This document shows, piece after piece, positions 1 through 8,821 of a stretch of 46,519 nucleotides of DNA (within the stretch, counting starts at the first letter, position 1; each line of letters begins with the position of its first letter). Origin of the DNA: a virus; the UHGV virus genome UHGV-0211968. One strand, written 5' to 3'. Both the position numbers and the translations under genes were made by a program. The notes below the pieces were generated by a model. The model did not search any database. It was not told where the DNA came from and worked only from the letters and a program-made list of their open reading frames with translations.

Positions 1-100
1 CTGCTGGTATTGCAATCCAGGGATTTCCGATACCACGGAACGAAAGAATTTCAACTACTGCCCTATTTGCGGGCGCAAACTCGAAAAGGAGGGCGCATGA
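1..100 (+). CDS. 3' part of junction-spanning 54-aa Zn-finger protein (starts at 46455)
   Basis: Frame from position 2 reads CWYC...NYCPICGRKLEKEGA*. Its TGA (98-100) overlaps the next ATG (97). Confidence 0.7.
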   Translation, partial: CWYCNPGISDTTERKNFNYCPICGRKLEKEGA

Positions 101-294
101 CGGGCGCGCAGGTGGCGACAATCTTCATCCTCACGGGGCTTTTCGCCCTGGGCGGCATCGCGGCATACGCCGGGGCGAAAATCGCCTCTAAACGCGAGGA
201 GCGCAGGTTTTCCAAGGAATTCATCTACGGGGAATGGGAAAAGAGACGCAAAATGGCGGAAATCGCCAAGGAGAAGAACAATGGCAGGATCTAA
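97..294 (+). CDS. Small membrane protein
   Basis: AAGGAGG RBS precedes ATG 97. N-terminal hydrophobic helix VATIFILTGLFALGGIAAYAG, basic tail. Confidence 0.65.
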   Translation: MTGAQVATIFILTGLFALGGIAAYAGAKIASKREERRFSKEFIYGEWEKRRKMAEIAKEKNNGRI

Positions 295-1186
295 CGAACT
301 CGTGAACGTCCCTCTGGACCAGGTGGGCATGATGGCGAAGGCGGTGGCGGACAGCGGGCTGTTCGGCATCAGGAACGAGGCGCAGGCGTTCGCGCTGATG
401 TGCGTCGCGCAGGCGGACGGCATCCCTCCCATCAAGGCGGTCCAGCAGTACCACATCATCGACAACAAGCCCGCCCTGAAGAGCGAGGCGATGCTCGCGC
501 GCTTCCAGGCGGCTGGCGGCAAGATCCGGTGGACGGAGCGGACTGCGCAGCGCGTGTCGCTGTGGCTGTCGCACCCGCAGGCAGGCGAGCTCGAGGTCTC
601 GTGGGACATGGACAGGGCGAAGGCGGCGGGGCTCGCCGGCAAGAACCAGTGGAAGGCGTACCCGATGCAGATGATGGGGGCGCGGTGCATCTCGGAAGGG
701 ATCCGGGCGCTCTACCCGGCGTGCCTCGGCGGCTGCTACACGCCGGAGGAGGTTCGCGACTTCGGGAACGACGAGCCGCATCCGGAATCCGGACCCGCGC
801 CGCAACCGCACCCGAAGCCGGCGGAATCCCCGAAGCCTCCGAAGGCGAAGGCGCCGAAGAAGGCGGAGCGCGCGGTCGAGGCGGAGGTCGTCCCGGAAGC
901 CCCGGCGGAAGGCCGCGCCCCGGAATCGGCGGCGACGCCGGAACAGGAGCGGCAGCCCGCCCCGAAGCCGAAGCGCGACCCGGCGGAGATGCGCGCGAAC
1001 TTCCTCGCGTGGGCGAAGTCCGCGACGAGGACCAAGGACCCGCAGGCGGTCATCGACGCGCTCGGAAGGCTCGGCTACGAGTCGCTCGAGCAGATACCCG
1101 CCGACGAGGAGGCGCTCCGGGCGGCGACGAAGGAAATCAGGACGTTGCCGGACCTCCCGGCAGAAAACATGGAAATCCCGTTCTAG
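281..1186 (+). CDS. RecT/Red-beta-like single-strand annealing protein
   Basis: WKAYPMQMMGARCISEGIRALYP...GCYTPEE matches the RecT-like signature. Pro-rich linker and SSB-like acidic tail (EIPF). Confidence 0.75.
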   Translation: MAGSNELVNVPLDQVGMMAKAVADSGLFGIRNEAQAFALMCVAQADGIPPIKAVQQYHIIDNKPALKSEAMLARFQAAGGKIRWTERTAQRVSLWLSHPQAGELEVSWDMDRAKAAGLAGKNQWKAYPMQMMGARCISEGIRALYPACLGGCYTPEEVRDFGNDEPHPESGPAPQPHPKPAESPKPPKAKAPKKAERAVEAEVVPEAPAEGRAPESAATPEQERQPAPKPKRDPAEMRANFLAWAKSATRTKDPQAVIDALGRLGYESLEQIPADEEALRAATKEIRTLPDLPAENMEIPF

Positions 1187-1204
1187 GGAAAGGAGAAGAC
1201 GAAA

Positions 1205-1693
1205 ATGGCGAAGACACTTGTGGCGATGGACGAGAAGACCGTCACCGACAACATCGAGGGCGAACGCCTGAAGGGCGCGTTCCGCACCTGCTGCGCGGTG
1301 GCGCGTGGCGAGCGCGACTGCGGGGCGCTGGAATCCGACGCGGAGGCGGTGCACGACCTGCAGGAGTTCGCGGACAGGCTCGCGGACCTCGGCAAGGCCA
1401 TCTCCGAGGCGGTAAGGAACGCGGAGGCGCGATACTTCGACGCGAACGGCGACGTCACGAAGGGGTTCAAGATACGGAACACCGGCAGCACGGTGACGGT
1501 GAAGGATGCGGAAGGGCTGCTCGCGGAGGCGGTGCTCCTCGGCTACAACGAGGGCGCGATCCGCAACCGCATGACGGTGAGCGCGAAGGACGCGATGGCC
1601 GCCATGGGAATCGACCGCGAGCGGTTCGAGGCCGAGTTCGGCGAGTTCATCGAGGTGAAGAAGAAGTCCGACACGCTCGTCCGGGAATACTGA
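1205..1693 (+). CDS. Hypothetical protein
   Basis: AAGGAG RBS, 162 aa, phage-like codon usage, follows the annealase. Confidence 0.75.
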   Translation: MAKTLVAMDEKTVTDNIEGERLKGAFRTCCAVARGERDCGALESDAEAVHDLQEFADRLADLGKAISEAVRNAEARYFDANGDVTKGFKIRNTGSTVTVKDAEGLLAEAVLLGYNEGAIRNRMTVSAKDAMAAMGIDRERFEAEFGEFIEVKKKSDTLVREY

Positions 1694-2019
1694 CCGGACG
1701 CCCCTCCCGCCCCGCCTGGGCGACGGGAGGACGGCGCGCGCGGCGGCGCCGGCGGGGACTCCGAGCCCCGTCCGCCCCGGTCCGACTCCGGGGGCGCGCC
1801 CTAGGCCCGGAAAGGCGGCAAGGGAAAAGGTTCTCCGACCGTTTTACGCCCCCTGTCGCCCGGAAGGGAAATGCCCGGAGTAGCGGTCGCGGAACCCGGG
1901 AACGGGCGAACCGCATAGTCCCCCCATGGGCGTCCCTGCGGCCTCAAGGGGTCCCGCGAAAGAAGGGCGAGGCCGTGGTCCCGGGTCGATACGGGACAAA
2001 ACTTTCACAAGGAACGCCG

Positions 2020-2169
2020 ATGTACGACTGCGCGGAATGCCCCTGGTCCCGGAAGGGATGCCGGAGGGCGAACAGGACGGCCCCCCGCCTCGGGTGGCGG
2101 GAGTGCCCCCTCGCGAAGGACGCGACCGGCGCAAACGGAAACAGGAACGAAAAGGAGAAAAGCCAATGA
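2020..2169 (+). CDS. Cys4 microprotein (49 aa)
   Basis: AAGGA RBS. MYDCAECPWSRKGC...WRECPLAK. Paralog at 16669-16788. Stop overlaps next start. Confidence 0.6.
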   Translation: MYDCAECPWSRKGCRRANRTAPRLGWRECPLAKDATGANGNRNEKEKSQ

Positions 2170-2411
2170 CTCCACAGATGAACAAGACGATACGCGCCTC
2201 GAAAAAGCGGTGCGTGATGGGGGTGGACTGCTGGACACCCGCCGAGTGCGCCCGGGTGATAGGCGTGTGCCGCAACACGGTCCTCGGCTGGGCGCGCAAG
2301 ACTAAGGCCGGGCGGCTCGACATGCCGATGATGAGCGCCCCCATGAAGCGGTCGCTCATCTTCATCCCCGTCCGAGAGTTCCTCGAATGGTACAGGTATT
2401 CGCAGGGATAG
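2166..2411 (+). CDS. Excisionase/MerR-like HTH DNA-binding protein
   Basis: WTPAECARVIGVCRNTVLGW helix-turn-helix. AAGGAG RBS. Confidence 0.7.
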   Translation: MTPQMNKTIRASKKRCVMGVDCWTPAECARVIGVCRNTVLGWARKTKAGRLDMPMMSAPMKRSLIFIPVREFLEWYRYSQG

Positions 2412-2422
2412 GGAGCGCGGAA

Positions 2423-3168
2423 ATGGAAATCAAGGGAAAGGTGCACTGCTTCTTCGAGCAGTCGGGGACGTTCAAGAACGCCTTCATCGGTCAAGGCATC
2501 CCCGCCGAGGACTACGACATCCAGAACAACTTCGGCGAGACGGACCACGTGATCGACCTGTTCGCGGAAATCGACCGGGCGTACGAGGGGGGGGGGCGAG
2601 CGTGTTCGACGGAATGGGAAAGGACGACCTCGTCGTTGCGTTCTTTCCGTGCATCTACTTCTGCGCCGCCTCGACGATGGCTTTCAATTTAGACACGGTC
2701 AATTACCGGAAAATGTCGCATGCGGAGCAGATTCGCAAGATACTGGCACGCTCCGCGAAGCGGAGCGAGTTCTACGACCGCCTCGTCAAATTCGTCGGCG
2801 TCGTCCTCGAACGCGAAATCCGGATGGTATTAGAGAATCCATGGGCGGAACAGCACTACCTCAAGGGAGGCAACTTTCTGAAGCCTCCGACATTCGTGGA
2901 CATCGACAGGACGCGGCGTGGCGACTTTTTCGTAAAGCCGACAGCTTTCTGGTTCTGGAACTGCGAACCGACCGTCGGTTTCACGTACCAACCGACGGTA
3001 CCGGAGAAAATCCGCAGAGTTCTTTCCGCGAAATCGTCGAAGACAGCGGGAATCTGCTCCGAGGAGCGGAGCATGATTAGTCCGGATTACGCGCGGAACT
3101 GGATCTGCGACTTCATCCTCGGCAAGCCGCAGGCAATCGGGCAGCTCTCGCTGCCGCTGGAGGCATAA
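2423..3168 (+). pseudogene. DNA cytosine-5 methyltransferase-like gene, frameshifted at a G10 tract (2587-2596)
   Basis: N-terminal part CFFEQSG (SAM-motif-like) is in one frame. Catalytic-type FFPC and ENP motifs are in the next frame. G8 or G11 fuses them into one ORF of about 248 aa. Confidence 0.7.
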
Positions 3169-3318
3169 ATGGAAAAGAAATACATTCTCAGCATAAAATT
3201 ATCCGACGGGACGACAGGCACGTTCCGCTCCAGGTATTCCCGTGAACTAGAGGAGACCATCGAAAGCCACAGGTCTCATTGGGTGCCGGATTCGAAGGGC
3301 GGTGAAACACAGACATAG
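3169..3318 (+). CDS. Small hypothetical protein (49 aa)
   Basis: ATG directly after the previous TAA, GGAGG upstream. Fills the operon gap. Confidence 0.45.
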   Translation: MEKKYILSIKLSDGTTGTFRSRYSRELEETIESHRSHWVPDSKGGETQT

Positions 3319-3329
3319 GAGACAACCTA

Positions 3330-3749
3330 ATGGAATACAAAGTAAACACACTGGAAAAGTTCGCAAGCGACAAGGCGGTGGTCTTCGACCCGCCAAAGAA
3401 AATGCTGTGCTGGGACCATCTCAGCTCACAAGACTCGAAGGAACGCATTGTTTATGCCTACGTTCCAAGGCGCCCAATGCCTGCTGTTATCTGCGACGAC
3501 TATACCTGGGCACACTGTGCCGAAATCCCGGAGCGCAAGTTTCGCCTTGCGACAAACCGTGAACTCATCAAGTGGCTTGCACAGGGAAATGGTCTGTGCA
3601 AGCATAGATTGGACTCCATGGTACAGTGTATCGCCAAGTGCGACAAGGTCGAGCTCGATAATGAATGCAATCCGAACTGGAACGTCTGCAAGTGGGACGA
3701 CACCGAATGGCACGAACCGACCGCTGATTACATGGGTCTGGAGGACTAA
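3330..3749 (+). CDS. Hypothetical protein, paralog of 46027-46452
   Basis: Shares HCAEIP, ATNREL.KWLAQGNG and KWDDTEWHEPT.DY.GLE with the paralog. Confidence 0.85.
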   Translation: MEYKVNTLEKFASDKAVVFDPPKKMLCWDHLSSQDSKERIVYAYVPRRPMPAVICDDYTWAHCAEIPERKFRLATNRELIKWLAQGNGLCKHRLDSMVQCIAKCDKVELDNECNPNWNVCKWDDTEWHEPTADYMGLED

Positions 3750-3751
3750 AC

Positions 3752-4270
3752 ATGAAAGCAAGGAAATCAACTACTATGACAGTAAAGAAATCGATAGAAA
3801 ATATCATCCTTCCGCCGGACGTCTTGGACGAGTACCGGTACGAAGGGGACACTGTGAAACCGCTACCGCTGGATTATTTCGGGCTCGTCTCGCAAGGGGC
3901 ACTGGTGGTCGCATACGACAACGAGCCTGACGGGAGGAGACCGACCAAGCGAGTCGGGTTTCTCCGGGGTATAAACATTACCCGTGAAAGAACCATCTTC
4001 GGAGTTGCAGTACCGATTGCGACAGCCGAGGGTCTTGCCACGATGTGGTACGACGAAATCGAGGTCGTTCGTGAGTTCCCGCCGGTCATCCACAGGGACG
4101 GGAGAGTGTTCTCGATGACTGGGTTGGTCGAGGAGGAGGACGGTTCCATCAGCGTAAAGTGCCTACATCAGGCGGAACCTGGCATCCTCACGTTCTCGGA
4201 TAAGGACATTGCAATAATGTCCACGATTCAGTTCGGGTTTCAATACGCAACGAAAGGAGTAACACCATGA
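3752..4270 (+). CDS. Hypothetical protein
   Basis: GGAGG RBS, 172 aa, coupled to neighbours. Confidence 0.7.
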   Translation: MKARKSTTMTVKKSIENIILPPDVLDEYRYEGDTVKPLPLDYFGLVSQGALVVAYDNEPDGRRPTKRVGFLRGINITRERTIFGVAVPIATAEGLATMWYDEIEVVREFPPVIHRDGRVFSMTGLVEEEDGSISVKCLHQAEPGILTFSDKDIAIMSTIQFGFQYATKGVTP

Positions 4271-4470
4271 CAAAGAACAAGATACTCATCGAACGGGCGA
4301 AGCGGCTCTACAGGATGCACCACCCATACCGCGACGCGCTGGAATCCGAGTGCCCTGACACCGTGAAGTTCGCCCTGCTTATCAACCGCTGGCCGAACCC
4401 GTGGTGCGCATTGCAGGAACTCTCGAAGTCCATCCCGTTCCTGGAAAGAAAGAAGCTGGAGGCGAAATGA
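4267..4470 (+). CDS. Hypothetical protein
   Basis: AAGGAG RBS, ATGA overlaps on both sides. Confidence 0.65.
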   Translation: MTKNKILIERAKRLYRMHHPYRDALESECPDTVKFALLINRWPNPWCALQELSKSIPFLERKKLEAK

Positions 4471-4661
4471 ACGACCCTGTCGTGTTCCCGCTTGACCCCA
4501 TCTACGGCAAGGAATCCGGACACCGGCTTTCCAACCGGCTAATCCGCAAGAACGCCAAATACAACCGCGAACGGGAAAAGCGTATCGCCAAATGCTGGGG
4601 CTGCGGAAGCTTCGCCTACTGTTTCGACCCGGCCAATTGCAGGAAGGAGAAAACCAAATGA
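4467..4661 (+). CDS. Small Cys-rich protein
   Basis: ATGA coupling. C-terminal CWGC...C...C. Confidence 0.6.
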   Translation: MNDPVVFPLDPIYGKESGHRLSNRLIRKNAKYNREREKRIAKCWGCGSFAYCFDPANCRKEKTK

Positions 4662-4804
4662 CTTTGAAAAAGCTTTGGCAACTTTTCCTGCTCGCACTCT
4701 TTCTCGCGAACGGCATCCTTCTTATAGCCCTCGATTCCGCCATGAACGGATTCTGCATGCTGCTGAACTACATCGCGTTTCTGGAAGAAATGAGGACAAG
4801 ATGA
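4658..4804 (+). CDS. Small membrane protein
   Basis: AAGGAG RBS. Hydrophobic LWQLFLLALFLANGILLIAL. Confidence 0.55.
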   Translation: MTLKKLWQLFLLALFLANGILLIALDSAMNGFCMLLNYIAFLEEMRTR

Positions 4805-4974
4805 GACCCATACCCGAATTCACCGGAGCGAACGGCTACCCCGTCCGCCACGAACCCTACTACGTCACCATCCCCCTCGGGGAATGGGAGGACATGACCG
4901 ACGAGCTGAAGCGCCTCAGAGAGGAAAACGCAGAACTGAGGGGAATTCTCAATGGAATCAAGGAGGCGAGATGA
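4801..4974 (+). CDS. Small coiled-coil protein
   Basis: ATGA coupling. ELKRLREENAELRG heptads. Confidence 0.6.
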   Translation: MRPIPEFTGANGYPVRHEPYYVTIPLGEWEDMTDELKRLREENAELRGILNGIKEAR

Positions 4975-5159
4975 AAATCTACCGCTGTCCGCATTGCAGA
5001 AAACCGATGAAAAGGTCGAGGCTTCCGCAATACGCCTTCGAATGCCTCGACTGCGACGAGGACTTCTACGAATGCGAGGCAATACCGGACGAAATTCTGT
5101 TTCTGCATTGCGCCATACAACCAGACAACCAACAAGGAGAAAAAACATGCCATACCTGA
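4971..5159 (+). CDS. Zinc-ribbon protein
   Basis: AAGGAGG RBS. CPHC...CLDC. Confidence 0.65.
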   Translation: MKIYRCPHCRKPMKRSRLPQYAFECLDCDEDFYECEAIPDEILFLHCAIQPDNQQGEKTCHT

Positions 5160-5605
5160 ACAAGGCGATGCTCATCGGGAACGTCGGCAAGGATCCGGAA
5201 ATCAAGATAACGCAGGGCGGAAAGAAGCGCGTCGGCTTTCCGCTAGCCACGTCGAGGAAGTTCAAGGATGCCAACGGGGAGACACGGGAACAGACCGACT
5301 GGCACAGCGTCGTCGGATGGGGAAAGTCCGCCGACATCATCGAGCAGCTCGGAATCCGCAAGGGGACGACGCTCTACGTGGAGGGCGCAATCGTTTACCG
5401 ATCCTGGGACGATCGGGAGACCGGGCAGAAGCGGTACGCGACGGAAATCAGCATGGACACGTTCCAGATACTGACCCCGCGCGGGAACGGCGACGGGAAC
5501 AGGCCGACGGCACCGCGGCAGCAGACGACTCCGCAAGCCGGGACGAGGGGCGGGAACGCCTACGGGCCGTATTCGCAGGAAGACGAGGACGGGCTTCCGT
5601 TTTAG
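5147..5605 (+). CDS. ssb: Single-stranded DNA-binding protein
   Basis: LNKAMLIGNVGKDPE, TDWHSVVGWG, LYVEG and acidic DDGLPF-type C-terminus (EDEDGLPF). Confidence 0.95.
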   Translation: MPYLNKAMLIGNVGKDPEIKITQGGKKRVGFPLATSRKFKDANGETREQTDWHSVVGWGKSADIIEQLGIRKGTTLYVEGAIVYRSWDDRETGQKRYATEISMDTFQILTPRGNGDGNRPTAPRQQTTPQAGTRGGNAYGPYSQEDEDGLPF

Positions 5606-5633
5606 GAAAAACACAAACACAGGAGAAAAACAG

Positions 5634-6170
5634 ATGCAGAAAGGCACGACAGTAAAGATCGAGTACATGAGCGGCGAACCGGCGTACGCCGGGCGCATCG
5701 GGACGGTCGAGCGAATCGACGACATGGGGCAGCTCCACGGGACGTGGGGCGGATGCGCCATCATCCCCGGCGAGGACATCTTCCACGAGGCGACAGCCGC
5801 AGAAATCGGGGAATGGGAAAGGGCGAAGGCGGAAAGGATGTCCTACGCCCCGAGAAGGGACGTGGAGGCGCACGTGCCGTGCGAGTTCACGACCAGGGCG
5901 AGACTCGGGTTTCCAGCACGCAGAATCGCCGGAAGCGTCAAGGTCAGCCGGAACGACGACCCAAACTGGATCCGCATTCTCGGACTCCGCGAAGGCGACT
6001 GTCGGGAGTTCGCCGACCGTCTCGGAGGAAAGGAACGGTTGCACGGACTCGCCATCGAGATCCGTCCGATCGACACGGGAAAGAACATTACCGAGGAAAT
6101 CGTGGAGGCCGCCCTACAGGCGCTCCAGGACTTCGAGAGCAACGAGGAGGCCGCCGAAAGGGCGGCATAG
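5634..6170 (+). CDS. DUF4314-like domain protein
   Basis: N-terminal GTVERIDDMGQLHGTWG..AIIPGED motif. Confidence 0.7.
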   Translation: MQKGTTVKIEYMSGEPAYAGRIGTVERIDDMGQLHGTWGGCAIIPGEDIFHEATAAEIGEWERAKAERMSYAPRRDVEAHVPCEFTTRARLGFPARRIAGSVKVSRNDDPNWIRILGLREGDCREFADRLGGKERLHGLAIEIRPIDTGKNITEEIVEAALQALQDFESNEEAAERAA

Positions 6171-6197
6171 CAATATAAGGACGGACAGGAAAGACGC

Positions 6198-6227
6198 AAG
6201 GCGCGACCGGAGACGGCGCGCCTTTTT
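6198..6227 (+). terminator. Rho-independent terminator of the early operon
   Basis: AAGGCGCG...CGCGCCTT hairpin followed by a T run, between convergent genes. Confidence 0.7.
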
Positions 6228-6233
6228 CCATGT

Positions 6234-7262
6234 TCAGGAAAGCGAGTCGGCGGCGGCCCGGAGGTCGTCCTGCAGCAGGTGGGAATAGGTGTCGAGCGTA
6301 ATCTGGACATTCTCGTGCCTCATCAGCTGCTGGACAGCCTTGATGTTCACGCCCGCACGGATGAGGTTTGACGCGAACGAGTGGCGGAACCGGTGGTTGT
6401 TCACCGCCCCGTCGCACGGCGCGCCTGCATTCCGCACGGCATCGCACAGCTTGACGTTCGAACGGCTGTACCGGAACTCCGACGCCTGGAACATCCCCGC
6501 CGACAGTTCCCCGAACCGGGAAATTTCTCGCCCTAGCCGCCCGGAGACGGGCAGGAACGCCTCCTTGCTCCCCTTGCCTATCACGTGCAGCCTCCCGTCA
6601 CCGGTAAGGGATTCCGGCCCAAATGCGCACGCCTCCGCATGGCGAAGCCCGGCGAAAGCCATCAGCGCCCAGAAAAGCCGGAAGGACGGGGAAGGCGCCG
6701 CGTCGAGGATGCGGTCCACCTGTTCCACCGTCCAGAACGCCTTTCGCCTCTTTTCGAGTTTCGGCATTTGCACCATCCCGAAAGGCTTCCAGTCGTCGAT
6801 TCCGTAAATACCTGCGCACCATCCCGTGAACTGGCGGCAGACGCGGATGCGCTCCCTCGCCGTCTTCGGGGCGAGCGACGAGCATAGCGAGGACGAATAC
6901 GCCTGCGCGCGTTCCCTGGTCATGTCCTGGAGCGTGGAGATGCCCGCCTTTTCCGCCCAGACGGAAAAATTCGACAGGATGCTCGCATAGGCCTTGAGCG
7001 TCGCCGATCCCGCCCCGTGGGCGGCCTCCACGCTTTCCAGGAACGCCCGGACGGATGCGGGAAACGGCCGGTCCACCCTTTCCGCGAAAAGCGATTCCGG
7101 CAGGAACTTTTCCGCGTTGCGGGCGTTCAGCCATTCCAGCGCGTCCGCCCGGCGCGTCACCCCGAGCGAGACGTATTTCACTATCCCGCCGTCCGAAATC
7201 CTCCCGTACCAGGTCGCTATCCCGCGGCTCCTGTACCTCTGCAGTATCGAGTACCTTTTCAT
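6234..7262 (-). CDS. int: Tyrosine integrase
   Basis: AGLRHAE, GKGSK, HRFRH, MRH and TLDTY catalytic motifs. GGAGG RBS before ATG 7262. Confidence 0.95.
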   Translation of the reverse strand: MKRYSILQRYRSRGIATWYGRISDGGIVKYVSLGVTRRADALEWLNARNAEKFLPESLFAERVDRPFPASVRAFLESVEAAHGAGSATLKAYASILSNFSVWAEKAGISTLQDMTRERAQAYSSSLCSSLAPKTARERIRVCRQFTGWCAGIYGIDDWKPFGMVQMPKLEKRRKAFWTVEQVDRILDAAPSPSFRLFWALMAFAGLRHAEACAFGPESLTGDGRLHVIGKGSKEAFLPVSGRLGREISRFGELSAGMFQASEFRYSRSNVKLCDAVRNAGAPCDGAVNNHRFRHSFASNLIRAGVNIKAVQQLMRHENVQITLDTYSHLLQDDLRAAADSLS

Positions 7263-7427
7263 CGTTCCTCCGTTTTCATGGTCACACAAAAAGCACACTC
7301 AAACTCCACGAAACCAATATACACTCCAAGAAAGCATAGGCAACCCCACCAAGCATATTGGACGAATTGACCGGATTGTAGCGAACCCCGGAACGCCGCG
7401 AGGCCAGTGTTTCCGGGGCTTCCAAAG

Positions 7428-7462
7428 AAAAAGGGGCGTTTTCTTCTTGAAAACGCCCCTTT
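7428..7462 (-). terminator. Terminator following the tRNA fragment
   Basis: 14-bp perfect stem AAAGGGGCGTTTTC/GAAAACGCCCCTTT with a U run on the - strand. Confidence 0.8.
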
Positions 7463-7464
7463 CG

Positions 7465-7515
7465 TGGATGATGCAGGGGTCGAACCTGCGACCCGCTGAT
7501 TAAGAGTCAGCTGCT
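7465..7515 (-). other. attP core: 3' part of tRNA-Lys(CTT)
   Basis: - strand AGCAGCTGACTCTTAATCAGCGGGTCGCAGGTTCGACCCCTGCATCATCCA. Anticodon arm GCTGA/TCAGC with CTT, T-arm and acceptor 3' strand. The 5' half is absent. Adjacent to the integrase. Confidence 0.85.
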
Positions 7516-7733
7516 GCCCGGAAGCCCTTTATCCTTGCGCTTTCCACGCCCCCTCACACAAAATACGCATTTTTCCATACCGTCCGGAAAAATACCGAGA
7601 GCACCACGTAAGGATATACGGAAAAAGACCGTAAGTTATACATAAGTCAGTCCGTGTATTTCCCGGGAGACCTGTCTATATTCATAGGCAAGGAAAGGCG
7701 ATGACGCCTTCCCGGAAAAGAAAGAGGTAGAAA

Positions 7734-7970
7734 ATGCTTTATATCAACTCCCAAATCGACATAGTAAACCACATTATGGCCAATGTCCATCACATCAAGC
7801 CAACCCGCACGAAGAAAGCCTGGAAAAACTTTTACCGTCGCCATAAAGGCTGCTGCATCGACAGCGCCTCGATGCATTACGGCGAAGACAAAGAAATCCC
7901 GATGCGTGTAAAGGATTTCGTAAACAGGCTCATCGCTGACGGCGACCTGAATCCAGTAAAGAAGGCGTGA
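7734..7970 (+). CDS. Small basic hypothetical protein
   Basis: GAGGT RBS, 78 aa, coupled to the ArdC-like gene. Confidence 0.6.
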   Translation: MLYINSQIDIVNHIMANVHHIKPTRTKKAWKNFYRRHKGCCIDSASMHYGEDKEIPMRVKDFVNRLIADGDLNPVKKA

Positions 7971-8821
7971 CGATGAAGAAGCAATACGAGGAAATCCTCA
8001 CCCGCATCACGGCGGATCTCGAAAAGGGAATCATCCCGTGGGAGAAGCCCTGGTGCCTCAGGGGCGAGGGCATCGTCAGCCATTCCACCGGGCACGGCTA
8101 CAGCCTGCTGAACTGCATGCTGCTCGACCGGCCCGGCGAATACCTGACGTTCGCACAGGCTAAGAAAGAAGGCGGGATGGTGAAGAAGGGGGCGAAGTCC
8201 AGCGCGATATTCTTCTACAGGCAAATCGCAATCAGGAAGGACGAGGACGGCAAGGAACCCGAAGAGCCGAAGACTGTCCCATACCTGGAAAAGTTCCGGG
8301 TGTTCCATATCGACGACTGCGAGGGAATCGAGCCGAAGTACGCCGACAGGTGGAAAGACGTTAAGGAGACGATGGAAAACGGCTCGGACGAGGATGCGGA
8401 AAGGGTCGCCCGCGGGTACATGGAACGCGAGGGCATCAGGATTTTCCACGGCGGGGACAGAGCGTGCTACAGTCCGGCGGCGGATTCCGTCACCCTCCCC
8501 AAGGCGGGGCATTTCGCGGACGATTCTAGCTACTACGCGACGCTCTTCCACGAGCTCGGACACTCGACCGGGGCGCCCAAAAGGCTCGACAGGAAAATCC
8601 GAAACACTTTCGGCAATTCCCTCTATGCGAGGGAGGAACTTGTTGCGGAAATCTGTTCCGCTTTCGTCACCGGACGTCTCGGCCTCGACACGGGCAGGAC
8701 GCGGAGGAATGCGGCGGCCTACATCCAGGACTGGAAACGGAAACTGAAAGACGACCCGGCGGCGATCGTCTGGGCGGCGTCCCGGGCGGAAAAGGCGGCG
8801 AACCTCATCCTCGGGAAATGA
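7967..8821 (+). CDS. ardC: ArdC-like antirestriction protein (ssDNA-binding N-domain plus zincin-like domain)
   Basis: PWEKPW, YSLLN, YLTFAQAKKEGG.VKKG, YYATLFHELGHSTG, YAREELVAE, AAYIQDW. Confidence 0.9.
   Translation: MTMKKQYEEILTRITADLEKGIIPWEKPWCLRGEGIVSHSTGHGYSLLNCMLLDRPGEYLTFAQAKKEGGMVKKGAKSSAIFFYRQIAIRKDEDGKEPEEPKTVPYLEKFRVFHIDDCEGIEPKYADRWKDVKETMENGSDEDAERVARGYMEREGIRIFHGGDRACYSPAADSVTLPKAGHFADDSSYYATLFHELGHSTGAPKRLDRKIRNTFGNSLYAREELVAEICSAFVTGRLGLDTGRTRRNAAAYIQDWKRKLKDDPAAIVWAASRAEKAANLILGK

Noticed and set aside
400..2169. 589-aa + strand ORF and 377-aa - strand ORF (221-1354)
   Set aside because: Arg/Gly/Ala-rich shadow frames of GC-rich real genes. Only the last 49 codons of the + ORF look genuine.
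3330..3749. Paralog pair as a diversity-generating retroelement TR/VR
   Set aside because: No reverse transcriptase is present, and the differences are largely synonymous rather than adenine-specific.
7465..7540. Complete tRNA-Lys gene
   Set aside because: The 5' acceptor strand and D-arm are missing. It is better explained as the attP core.
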